Source: a virus (Duplodnaviria > Caudoviricetes). Taken from it: 24,687 bases of DNA. The stretch is from positions 1 to 24,687 of IMG/VR virus record IMGVR_UViG_3300032301_000037, one strand, 5' to 3'. This document shows positions 15,576 to 24,057 of the stretch, in pieces. The first letter of the stretch is position 1, and every line of letters begins with the position of its first letter. Both the position numbers and the translations under genes were made by a program. Below the pieces are notes generated by a model, which was not told the DNA's origin, did not search any database, and saw nothing but the letters and a program-made list of their open reading frames with translations.

Positions 15576-17294
15576 ATGGCACGCAATGATGTAACTTATG
15601 AAGAGTATTGGGATGTATATGATGTCGATAAAAATGGGAACATAACCTCCAAGCGAGTTGGTGGAGTTATAACTGAGCCAGCAGAAGATGCGCGCAGAAA
15701 TCGTGGCAACCGTGGCACAGGTCTTTATGAGCAAGCATTATTAAAAAGTGAATCAATAAAAAACAAAATAAAACTTGATGATTTGGAAAAAAAATTTAAT
15801 GACACAACAAGCCAAGAAATTGCAAGAAACTCACTTGCTGCCCAGATTCAAGCGTTGACTGCTGGTGGAGGTAGCATGCAAAATCAAAACGCTGGTCCGC
15901 AATTTAACCAAGCTCTATCTCAACTTTCCGCTGCTCGTAACTACGGATCATCTGATCTTGGAACGATGTTAAACTTCCAAGTCTCCGACCAGAACATTAT
16001 TGACGACTATAACAACTCAAAGTTATCCAGCCTAAACAGCGTGATTGAGCGTGGGAACACGCAGATTGCTGGAATCAATGAACGGCTTGCTACGGCCAAC
16101 AAACTTCTTGCCGACCTTCCTGCCAATTCTGCTCAACGCACATCTTCAGAAGCATTTATCAAAGAACTCAACGATGACTTAAAAAGCGTAACTAGCGCAG
16201 TAACTAGCGCGCAGGATATGCAAAAGAATTTCACGCCTATCACGATGGATAGTCCAGAAGGACTAAAGGAAATCACATCTTTCCGCAGTTTCGCACAGCT
16301 ACCCGAAGAGCGAGCAGCCCAACAGCTTTACCAAATTGATCCAGATTCTTACCGCACTGCGGTTGGCTTAGGTCAGCAGTATCGCCAGATGGCAACTGAG
16401 CCAATTGGTGCTACGACCACGCCAGAGACTGAGCAGATTCGTCAGACTATCGAGGACGAGGCTCTTAATCAATTACGCCTTGGTTCGACTATTGGCGCAG
16501 AAGAACGGCGTGGATACGAGCAATCTATCCGAGCCGCACAGACTGCCCGTGGCAACGTCTTTGGTCTTGGACCGGCAGTGCAAGAAGCCTCACAGATCGG
16601 TGCGGCTGGCGAAGCCCGAAAGCTGGCACGCTACGGAGCAGCACAGAGCTTCCTTGGATCTGGCTTATCGAGTGGTGATGCGCTCAAAGCTGATATAGCG
16701 TTCCGTGACGCATTGCGTCAAAACAGGCTGGGTGCAGCTTCCAACTTTGTTGCTGGCGGACCTTCCATCGCCAACCTCGCTGGCGCGCGCACGGCACAGC
16801 AGCAGGGTGCAATGCAGAGCTACATCCAAGCCAATCAAGCCTTGCCTGGTGGATTTAACCAACAGCCCTCTACGGCTGCTAACTTCTATCAGGCGGTTGA
16901 CCAACAGATTCCCGTGCAGCTTACCAATGCGTTTACAAACCTTTACGGCTCTCAAGCTAATTACTTGTCAAGCACCTACGGCGCGCAAGTGGGGGCAATT
17001 TCTAGGCAGCCGAATGGATTCCAGAATTTTGCAACAGCCGCTGGCGGATTTAAGGATATTGCTGGAGGATTTGGAGCTTTGTCTGGTGCTGGGCTTTTAT
17101 GTTGGGTTGCTCGCGAAGTTTACGGCATAGACAATCCTAAGTGGCTTCAATTCCGCGAGTGGATGCTGACCAAGGCATCTGACAATCTGAGAAACTATTA
17201 CATTGAGTATGGCGAGAGGATTGCCAAGTCAATACGTAACAGGCCGAAAATTAAGGCACTCATTCGTAAATGGATGGATTCAAAGATAGGATAA
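15576..17294 (+). CDS. Internal virion/ejection protein 2 with C-terminal CWVAREVYG (CFI-box-like) domain
   Basis: Q/A/G-rich helical protein with RAAQTARGNVFGLGPAVQEA, a Gly-rich hydrophobic segment, and a distinct 64-aa basic/aromatic C-terminal domain starting at Cys509. Confidence 0.75.
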   Translation: MARNDVTYEEYWDVYDVDKNGNITSKRVGGVITEPAEDARRNRGNRGTGLYEQALLKSESIKNKIKLDDLEKKFNDTTSQEIARNSLAAQIQALTAGGGSMQNQNAGPQFNQALSQLSAARNYGSSDLGTMLNFQVSDQNIIDDYNNSKLSSLNSVIERGNTQIAGINERLATANKLLADLPANSAQRTSSEAFIKELNDDLKSVTSAVTSAQDMQKNFTPITMDSPEGLKEITSFRSFAQLPEERAAQQLYQIDPDSYRTAVGLGQQYRQMATEPIGATTTPETEQIRQTIEDEALNQLRLGSTIGAEERRGYEQSIRAAQTARGNVFGLGPAVQEASQIGAAGEARKLARYGAAQSFLGSGLSSGDALKADIAFRDALRQNRLGAASNFVAGGPSIANLAGARTAQQQGAMQSYIQANQALPGGFNQQPSTAANFYQAVDQQIPVQLTNAFTNLYGSQANYLSSTYGAQVGAISRQPNGFQNFATAAGGFKDIAGGFGALSGAGLLCWVAREVYGIDNPKWLQFREWMLTKASDNLRNYYIEYGERIAKSIRNRPKIKALIRKWMDSKIG

Positions 17295-17297
17295 TTT

Positions 17298-18086
17298 ATG
17301 GCACTAGATCCAAACGATCCTCTTATTCCTATGCCTTGGCAGATGGATAGCATCAGAGCCTATCGCGCAAGTAAAGCAATGCAGGCTGAAGAAGATGCAC
17401 TCAAGATGGAGGAACTTCGTCAACGTGTAGCAAGAGGAAAAGAAGAAGAGACAATGTCAACTCCGATTGGAAGGGCTGGCAGGGCTGCCGATGTTGCTGC
17501 TTTTCTTGAGCAAGAAAAACAAAAAGAAATTGGCATTCCAATCGGCGAGGAAATGGGCGCAAGGATGACCGCCAAGGGCGGACCGAGCATACTTGAAGCA
17601 ACCAGAATGCAGGGCGAGCTTGATGTCGAGGCCAGAGCAAGACAAGCAAGAGTTGATGCCGCAAAGAACTACCTTGCTGGCGAGAAATCCTTGCTTCCAA
17701 CTGCCGACATAAACCTTGGCGGAGTGAAGCGAACTGTTCTTGCTCCAGAGGCCGGCATGGCTGGAGCAGATATTTATACTCAAATTTACCGCACCCAAGT
17801 TCCTCAATTGGCCGCAACTTATGAGGCAGAGGGCCAGCCAAGAGATACAGCAATTAAAATGGCAAGTGCGGATGTAAGGAGCAAACTTACTGGAGCAGCA
17901 TCAAGCGGGAAAATTCCTCTAATAGCTGCGAATGGAAATCCTATTTTTGTTACTGTACCTCAAGCAGCACAATTGCTAGATTCTGACATAACTCCTCAAT
18001 TTATGAAAAATCAACTAAGAGAAGCCCTTGGAGGCAAGGAAGAACCAGCGGCTGCAAATTGGATTAAAACAAGACTAGGCAGATAA
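17298..18086 (+). CDS. Internal virion/ejection protein 3 (262 aa)
   Basis: A/E/Q/R-rich helical composition, position between ejection genes. No recognisable catalytic motif. Confidence 0.6.
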   Translation: MALDPNDPLIPMPWQMDSIRAYRASKAMQAEEDALKMEELRQRVARGKEEETMSTPIGRAGRAADVAAFLEQEKQKEIGIPIGEEMGARMTAKGGPSILEATRMQGELDVEARARQARVDAAKNYLAGEKSLLPTADINLGGVKRTVLAPEAGMAGADIYTQIYRTQVPQLAATYEAEGQPRDTAIKMASADVRSKLTGAASSGKIPLIAANGNPIFVTVPQAAQLLDSDITPQFMKNQLREALGGKEEPAAANWIKTRLGR

Positions 18087-18087
18087 C

Positions 18088-21000
18088 ATGGCTGAAGCCC
18101 TAGAGCTATCGTCAGCCAATCGTATTAGGCAACTGGCAGGTATGCCAGTAGAGCCAGAGCCAGCACCCAAGCCAGAAGAACCACCAGCGTGGAGTGAGAT
18201 CAAGGCTTCTGAAGATTACAAGACTCTGACCTATCCAGAGCAGGTTGACCTAGCTCGCCAGTGGGGCGCAGAAACCAAGCAGTACGCATCCACGCTTAAA
18301 GACTACACGCCAGAACAAGATGCAGAGATTGATGACTTCGTAAATACGCAGGCTGTGGATGTGCCGACCAATGTAAAGGTTGCGGCTGGTGCTGCTGGTC
18401 TGGTAAAGGGATCGGCCTCGGTGATGGGCGGGATTGCCGGAGGGTTGGGAGGGCTTGCAGTTGGTGGGCCTGTTGGAGCAATTGCTGGGGGTGTAGGTGG
18501 AGCAATAGCGGGTGGCGAACTAGCCGAGGCTGGTCTGCAAAAGTTTACACCTAATGTGGCTAGGGCAAGGGAGTTTGCTCCCACTGCTGCTACCGTAGGC
18601 GAATATGCGCCTTCTGTTGTAATGGGTACGGTTGGTGCGAAGCAATTAGTCCAAGCTGGCAAAACATTGTTTCAAGAACTAGGCGCGAAACGAGCCGCGC
18701 AAGAACTGGGCAAGACTGTAGCCACGGGGGCTGGGATAGGTGCTGGGGTTGGAACGGGCGTGAGGGCAGTTACTGGCGGAGAGGTTACGCCTAGCACAAT
18801 CGCTACGGATGCCTTATTCGGTGCGGCCTTTGCTGGGCTGGGGAGTGGGTCAAGGATTAAGGGGTATAACCGAGAGCAGGCGTTGTCGTTGAATGAAAGG
18901 GTTAAGGCTGGTACTGCCACAGAAGCGGAGTTTAGGGATTGGAATGGCATACTGGCCGAAGCACAAAGAACACAGGCAAGGGGCGTAGCTGGGGCAAGGC
19001 GCACTGAAGTAGAACTAGGTGGACGCAGGGTATTAGATAAGACTGAACTTACCCCAGGCGAACAGCCGCAAGTAACGCCACAACCTACCGCCGAGCTACC
19101 CGCGCCTAGACCTGTTGTACCAGAACTACCCGAAGCTGGTGTGCGCGGAATTGTCCGTGGCACACAAGCCGACACGGCAGCGATGCAACGGCGTGGAATC
19201 ACGACAGAGATGCAGGAAAGCCTAGTCGACCTAAACGATCCAGTACCGAGAACGAATGTATTTACAACCGAGTCTCAAGGCATAAATCGTGAAGCTATTA
19301 TTCCAGACACTCGCGGACTGCAGGGCGAGATTGTGCGCGAAGGTCCGATTGTTACGCCAAGGACTCAGTTGCCGACAACGGAGAGGTTGGCGTTGCCAGG
19401 CAGAACAGATGAGCCGTTCAGGTCAGCCGAGGAAGCAGCTAAAACTATAGAACTAGAAAAGGGCATGGAGGAGAGGATTAGGCAATCTCCGCAGGGGGGT
19501 AAGGGATTAAGAAAGGACTTGAGAGCGCAAGAACCAATCCTTACCCCAGACGAGGAAATGGCCATCTCAGAAAGACAATTTGAAAAAGAAAGATTGGTTA
19601 CAAGTAATCCCTCTCAAGATCAAATTGAATATCCAGAAGCAGCTTTGGCTGAAATGATTGAGCCGCCCTACCGACCTATTGATTCGGATGTAATAGATTT
19701 TATAGCACAAAATGGAGGGATACTTTCAAAAACTTCTGCCCGCAGAGAAAAGAATTTGGAATTATACGGGAAAAAAGCTGGTTCTGGCGTAAAGCGTTTA
19801 GCAGAAGAAACTGGTATAGCAGAGTACGACTCAATGCCAGAAATGGATTTTTACGAAAAAACTCAAGTCTACAGAAAACAAGGATTGGCATTAGATGAAA
19901 TGGCTCAAATGGCGTACGATCAATTGGGCGTTGGAGACGGAACTTCCAGCACATTTGGATCTATAATTGCTCAAGCACTTGCCACAAGAAGAAAACTAAG
20001 AACCCCCGATAGGGCATTTGAAAGTCAGAAAAAGTTTATTAAAGATGTTTTGATTCCGTCAAAAGAACTTACTCCAATTTCTGCTCAATCTCTTGTAGTC
20101 GGTGATATTTTGCAGGCGAAACAAGGGGACATCAGGGTTATTGATATTAACCCCGACACAATGGAGCCAATTCTTGACGGAGGCGACAATTATGGCCAAC
20201 AGACCATAAAGACAGATTCTCATGTTTTTGTAAAAACTGTTAACAATCGGAGCATACCTACTATGCCTCGCCCTATGCGTGGCAAGGCTGGTGAGGCTGG
20301 GTTCATTGTCTCCGATGTGCAAGAAGGCGCGGCCAAGGTAGCGCAGAAGTGGCTCACCACAGAAGGCAATCTTCCTAAAGAGATGTTTGACATCATGGAA
20401 GCGAAGGGATCGCGCACGCAGGCGATGCTCAAGCAGATTGATTTTACGCTGGCAGATTTGGGCAGAGCAGCGAAAGCATTAAATGGCACAGCAAAACTCA
20501 CGCCAGAGCAGTCTGGTAAACTTGACGGATTCTTGCGCGGACGCACCGCCGTAACCACGCTACCAGAGCCTTTCCAGCCCATTGCCTCACAGATGCGCAG
20601 ACAGCTGGACAACCTTTCCGAACGGTTAATTGAGGCTGGCGCGTTTAGTGAAGAGCCAGGACCGTCTGGAGTAAGCAGGGCTGATATTGTTAGGGCAAAC
20701 AAGGAAGAGTACCTAACCCGATCTTACGAGGGCAGGGAAAATCCTAAGTACACTGTCGAATTGGTTAAGCGCAGAAATCCAATCGCGTATGCCAATGCCG
20801 AGAACTTCGTCCGCACTCAAATGAAAGCCGCTAACCCCAATGTGACCGAGGCTGAGGTACAGGGCAAGATTAAGCAGTATGTTGAAGGAGGCCGAGATAA
20901 ACCTTTTGAGTCGTTAATTGATGCCGCCACGCTAGGCAAGAACCTTGGCATAACCAAGAAGCGATTAGACATTCCCAAAGAGATTCGTTTCCTTATGGGC

Positions 21001-22911
21001 GAATACACCGATCCCGTTATTAACTACGCTCGGTCAGCCAGCAAGATGATTGACCTTCTGCAAAAGCAGGAGATGTTAAATAAACTTAAAGACTTTGGAG
21101 TTGCCAATAAGCTGTTCTTTGAAAGGCCAACCGGCAATGCGATAACTCAGATTGCGGCAGATGGATCGGATACCCGCTCGCCGTTAAATGGCTTGTATGC
21201 AGAGAAGGATTTGGTCGATGCGCTGGAAAACTTTGAGATGTTTCATAAGGGCGGCACAGCGTTTCAACTTTATTCAATGGCTAACGCTTGGGTGAAGTGG
21301 GGCAAGACAGTAGGTAGCGTGCAAGCCCAATTTAGAAACCCAATTTCCAACGTGCTGATTGAGGTGGTCAACGGCAACTTTAATTTCGGCGGTAATCTTA
21401 AACCCATTAAGACCATCTTGGCCGACTTTGGTGTGCCTAAGATGGATACCAAGGAGAGCAGAGCCTACCTGACCCGCGCCGCTCAACTAGGCGTATACGA
21501 CAACACTGTTCTGAATGAGTTTACGCAAATGCTTAAAGACGCACAGCAGTACAAAGGATCTACGATTGATTACGCTGAAATGCTGGCGGGTAAAAGTGCT
21601 AATGTCTTAAAGAAAGGTGTTGGCGCACTTAACAAGACCTACAGAGCTGGAGACAACCTATTTAAGCTGATGGCTTGGGAGAATGAAACCAAGCAACTAA
21701 TGGACGGCAGGGGGTTGTCACGCCTAGAGGCTGAAGTAATCGCAGCCGAGCGCGTCAAAAACACAAGGCCAACCTACTCGCGTGTGCCAAGGATTATTAA
21801 AGCCTTCCGCCTGCAACCTTTAATTGGGAACTTTGTTTCTTGGCCTTCAGAGATGTTGCGGATTTTGCCCAATACACTGAGGTATGCGGGCGAGGACATG
21901 AAAACACCTGGTATGCGTAGATACGGGTTACAAAGGTTAATAGGAATGTTGGCGGGAACATCTGCGGTTTACGGTTTGGTTGAGCTTGCCAAGTGGGCTA
22001 CTGGATTTAATGATCGTAAGGCAGATGCGTTAAGAAGGTTTGTTGCGCCGTACCAAAAGAACGCTGCCCTAATGCCTACTGGGATGGATGGCAAGGATGT
22101 TGGTTATGTGGATATATCCTACACCAGCCCATACGAAATCTTTATGGGGCCAGTGCAGGCTGTGGCTGCTGGCCGAGATCCAGAGAAAAAGATTTTGGGT
22201 GCAATCAAAGAATTTACAGAGGCTTATATTGGGCCAAGCATTTTGGCTAATTCCATCATATCTGCGTACTACGGAAAAACACCGCAAGGCAGAACTATTC
22301 GCAATCCGCAGGACACCTTTACCGATCAATCCTTGGACGTAATTTCTTATGTCCTACGTCAAAACGAACCAGCTACTGTATCGCAAATCCGCAGGATTGG
22401 ATACGCTCTATCTGGCCAACCCGACACATCTGTATCTCGATATGGGCGCGTCTACAAGCCGTCGGAGGAGTTGTCCGCGTTATTCGGTATCCGCCCTCAA
22501 TCCATCAACGTATCCAAGGCACTAGAATCGAAGGCATCTAGGTTTAATACGGATATGGCTGATGTTGGTAGAATATTCACAGAAACCTATGGCGCGGTTG
22601 GTAATGTTCCAGAAGCCAAGGTGCGGGAACAGTTCGATAAGATGCAGAACAGGCGCAGAGTTATGTTCGATGAGGCAAATAAAGATTTCCACGCTGCCAT
22701 GTTGCTTGGTCTGTCCAGGTCTGAGGCTATCTCCGCTATGCGCTCCGGCGGGATGGGCGTAGATAATGCGTCCGCTATCGCCAATAATAGGTATCGGGAT
22801 TATAGGATCAGCAAGTCACTCACAAAAAGCATGAGGCGCGAACTATCTCCAGAGGAGATGCAGAAGCGTCAAGAAATAGGCCGAGAGCTTATGATGCAAC
22901 AAGGAGAGTAA
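18088..22911 (+). CDS. Large internal virion/ejection protein (1607 aa; T7 gp16 positional equivalent)
   Basis: Glycine-zipper hydrophobic segments near the N-terminus (GGIAGGLGGLAVGGPVGAIAGGVGG). C-terminal YRAGDNLFK, PTYSRVP, PLIGNFVSWPSE and YVDISYTSPY patterns are typical of large podovirus ejection proteins. Confidence 0.8.
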   Translation: MAEALELSSANRIRQLAGMPVEPEPAPKPEEPPAWSEIKASEDYKTLTYPEQVDLARQWGAETKQYASTLKDYTPEQDAEIDDFVNTQAVDVPTNVKVAAGAAGLVKGSASVMGGIAGGLGGLAVGGPVGAIAGGVGGAIAGGELAEAGLQKFTPNVARAREFAPTAATVGEYAPSVVMGTVGAKQLVQAGKTLFQELGAKRAAQELGKTVATGAGIGAGVGTGVRAVTGGEVTPSTIATDALFGAAFAGLGSGSRIKGYNREQALSLNERVKAGTATEAEFRDWNGILAEAQRTQARGVAGARRTEVELGGRRVLDKTELTPGEQPQVTPQPTAELPAPRPVVPELPEAGVRGIVRGTQADTAAMQRRGITTEMQESLVDLNDPVPRTNVFTTESQGINREAIIPDTRGLQGEIVREGPIVTPRTQLPTTERLALPGRTDEPFRSAEEAAKTIELEKGMEERIRQSPQGGKGLRKDLRAQEPILTPDEEMAISERQFEKERLVTSNPSQDQIEYPEAALAEMIEPPYRPIDSDVIDFIAQNGGILSKTSARREKNLELYGKKAGSGVKRLAEETGIAEYDSMPEMDFYEKTQVYRKQGLALDEMAQMAYDQLGVGDGTSSTFGSIIAQALATRRKLRTPDRAFESQKKFIKDVLIPSKELTPISAQSLVVGDILQAKQGDIRVIDINPDTMEPILDGGDNYGQQTIKTDSHVFVKTVNNRSIPTMPRPMRGKAGEAGFIVSDVQEGAAKVAQKWLTTEGNLPKEMFDIMEAKGSRTQAMLKQIDFTLADLGRAAKALNGTAKLTPEQSGKLDGFLRGRTAVTTLPEPFQPIASQMRRQLDNLSERLIEAGAFSEEPGPSGVSRADIVRANKEEYLTRSYEGRENPKYTVELVKRRNPIAYANAENFVRTQMKAANPNVTEAEVQGKIKQYVEGGRDKPFESLIDAATLGKNLGITKKRLDIPKEIRFLMGEYTDPVINYARSASKMIDLLQKQEMLNKLKDFGVANKLFFERPTGNAITQIAADGSDTRSPLNGLYAEKDLVDALENFEMFHKGGTAFQLYSMANAWVKWGKTVGSVQAQFRNPISNVLIEVVNGNFNFGGNLKPIKTILADFGVPKMDTKESRAYLTRAAQLGVYDNTVLNEFTQMLKDAQQYKGSTIDYAEMLAGKSANVLKKGVGALNKTYRAGDNLFKLMAWENETKQLMDGRGLSRLEAEVIAAERVKNTRPTYSRVPRIIKAFRLQPLIGNFVSWPSEMLRILPNTLRYAGEDMKTPGMRRYGLQRLIGMLAGTSAVYGLVELAKWATGFNDRKADALRRFVAPYQKNAALMPTGMDGKDVGYVDISYTSPYEIFMGPVQAVAAGRDPEKKILGAIKEFTEAYIGPSILANSIISAYYGKTPQGRTIRNPQDTFTDQSLDVISYVLRQNEPATVSQIRRIGYALSGQPDTSVSRYGRVYKPSEELSALFGIRPQSINVSKALESKASRFNTDMADVGRIFTETYGAVGNVPEAKVREQFDKMQNRRRVMFDEANKDFHAAMLLGLSRSEAISAMRSGGMGVDNASAIANNRYRDYRISKSLTKSMRRELSPEEMQKRQEIGRELMMQQGE

Positions 22912-23645
22912 TGGCGAAATTTGACATCAGCGGGGCGGCTTCTCGTTTTACTGGGTTAGAACCCCGTATGCGGAATGAGTCTATCCGCAAAGAACTAGAG
23001 CCATACACGGCTGCGCCACAACAACCACCAGAACAGATCGCAAGGATAGAACCTATGAGCGAATATGTTAAGCCACCTACAGCACCAGCACAGCAACCTT
23101 CTGGCGAGCTTCCACTGCCATTGCAGACCGTGGAATGGGAAGGTCGCAAGGACAAGCAGGGAAATCTTGCCGTCTACAAGTTGCCATCTGGAGATATGGG
23201 TGGAAACTTTGAAGTAGCTGGAATCAATGACCGATACCATCCAGAAGCATTCAAAGCCATCTCATCGCTCCCAGCGCAAGAAAGAGCGAAAGCTGCGGCA
23301 GAGTACATCCAAGGATACACCGCGCCGCTTGTCGAAAGACTCCCCCAACCACTCCAGCCGTTCACGCAGGATCTCGCGTTTAATCGTGGGCTGGGCGGTG
23401 CAACGAAGTACATCCAGCAAGGGTTGAATGCACTTGGTCAGAAGGTGGCAGTAGATGGCGGGTTTGGTCCTAAAACACTAGCCGCGATCAATCAAGTCGA
23501 ACCGAGAGCCTTAATGAGAGCGGCTAGCCAAGCCCAGCTTGAAGACGAATATAGAATGGCCGAGCGTAACCCTGCTCGCAAAAAGTTTATCCAAGGCTTA
23601 GAAAGCAGAATTAGGAATAGATTGTCAACCTTTGGGCAGGGTTAA
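22911..23645 (+). CDS. Glycoside hydrolase family 108 peptidoglycan hydrolase with C-terminal PG-binding region and N-terminal Pro/Gln-rich extension
   Basis: EWEGR...GDMGG...AGI (EG/DxGG/GI motif), DLAFNRG, IQQGLN...VDGGFGPKTLAAIN and KFIQGLESRI. AAGGAG SD. Confidence 0.85.
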   Translation: MAKFDISGAASRFTGLEPRMRNESIRKELEPYTAAPQQPPEQIARIEPMSEYVKPPTAPAQQPSGELPLPLQTVEWEGRKDKQGNLAVYKLPSGDMGGNFEVAGINDRYHPEAFKAISSLPAQERAKAAAEYIQGYTAPLVERLPQPLQPFTQDLAFNRGLGGATKYIQQGLNALGQKVAVDGGFGPKTLAAINQVEPRALMRAASQAQLEDEYRMAERNPARKKFIQGLESRIRNRLSTFGQG

Positions 23646-24019
23646 CGACTTGCCCACCCTTGTCTTACTGTGGTTGATCCAGCAGTAAATGAATTAACTG
23701 GACCAATATAGCAAGACCCAACCTTTTCGGTTAACCCATCATTTGACACAAAGGCACTGCCAGCGCGAACTACAACACTACTATCTTCTCGAATATATGT
23801 TGACCCAACGTGCTGACAGACTCTGCCGTCTTGATAAATGAATCTACTTCCTGACTTAAATATCAATCCATCTTCAGTCATAATCACACTCCCAGCCCGA
23901 TGAACATTCCCACCCCCACGATAAACCCCTCCAATAAAGTCGTTCATTTCGGTTTCATCATCCGCCATTCCCGATGCCATCAGCATCGCCGTCAGTGTCA
24001 TAGTTATTATTGCTTTCAT
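23642..24019 (-). CDS. Secreted beta-hairpin repeat protein (125 aa), candidate superinfection-exclusion/immunity protein
   Basis: Sec-type signal MKAIITMTLTAMLMASGMA followed by six 13-15-aa xxxxGSxhhxxDG-like repeats. Only credible minus-strand gene, filling an otherwise empty gap, with its own promoter. Confidence 0.8.
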   Translation of the reverse strand: MKAIITMTLTAMLMASGMADDETEMNDFIGGVYRGGGNVHRAGSVIMTEDGLIFKSGSRFIYQDGRVCQHVGSTYIREDSSVVVRAGSAFVSNDGLTEKVGSCYIGPVNSFTAGSTTVRQGWASR

Positions 24020-24026
24020 TGGGAAA

Positions 24027-24055
24027 AGTCTCTAGGACAAACCGAAAGCCGTCAA
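24027..24055 (-). promoter_or_regulatory. Putative sigma70-type leaderless promoter for the antisense gene
   Basis: Minus strand reads TTGACG (24055-24050), 17-nt spacer, GAGACT (24032-24027), 7 nt, then ATG. No SD in the intervening TTTCCCA. Confidence 0.55.
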
Positions 24056-24057
24056 GC

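Noticed and set aside
16188-16211. 12-nt tandem duplication GTAACTAGCGC(A/G) and other short in-gene repeats
   Set aside because: In-frame microduplications with no spacer structure. Not CRISPR, and no matching distant template for a diversity-generating retroelement was seen.
18088-22911. Large protein as virion RNA polymerase or tape measure
   Set aside because: No polymerase motifs were recognised, and there are no tail tube or chaperone genes. Context and motifs fit an ejection protein.
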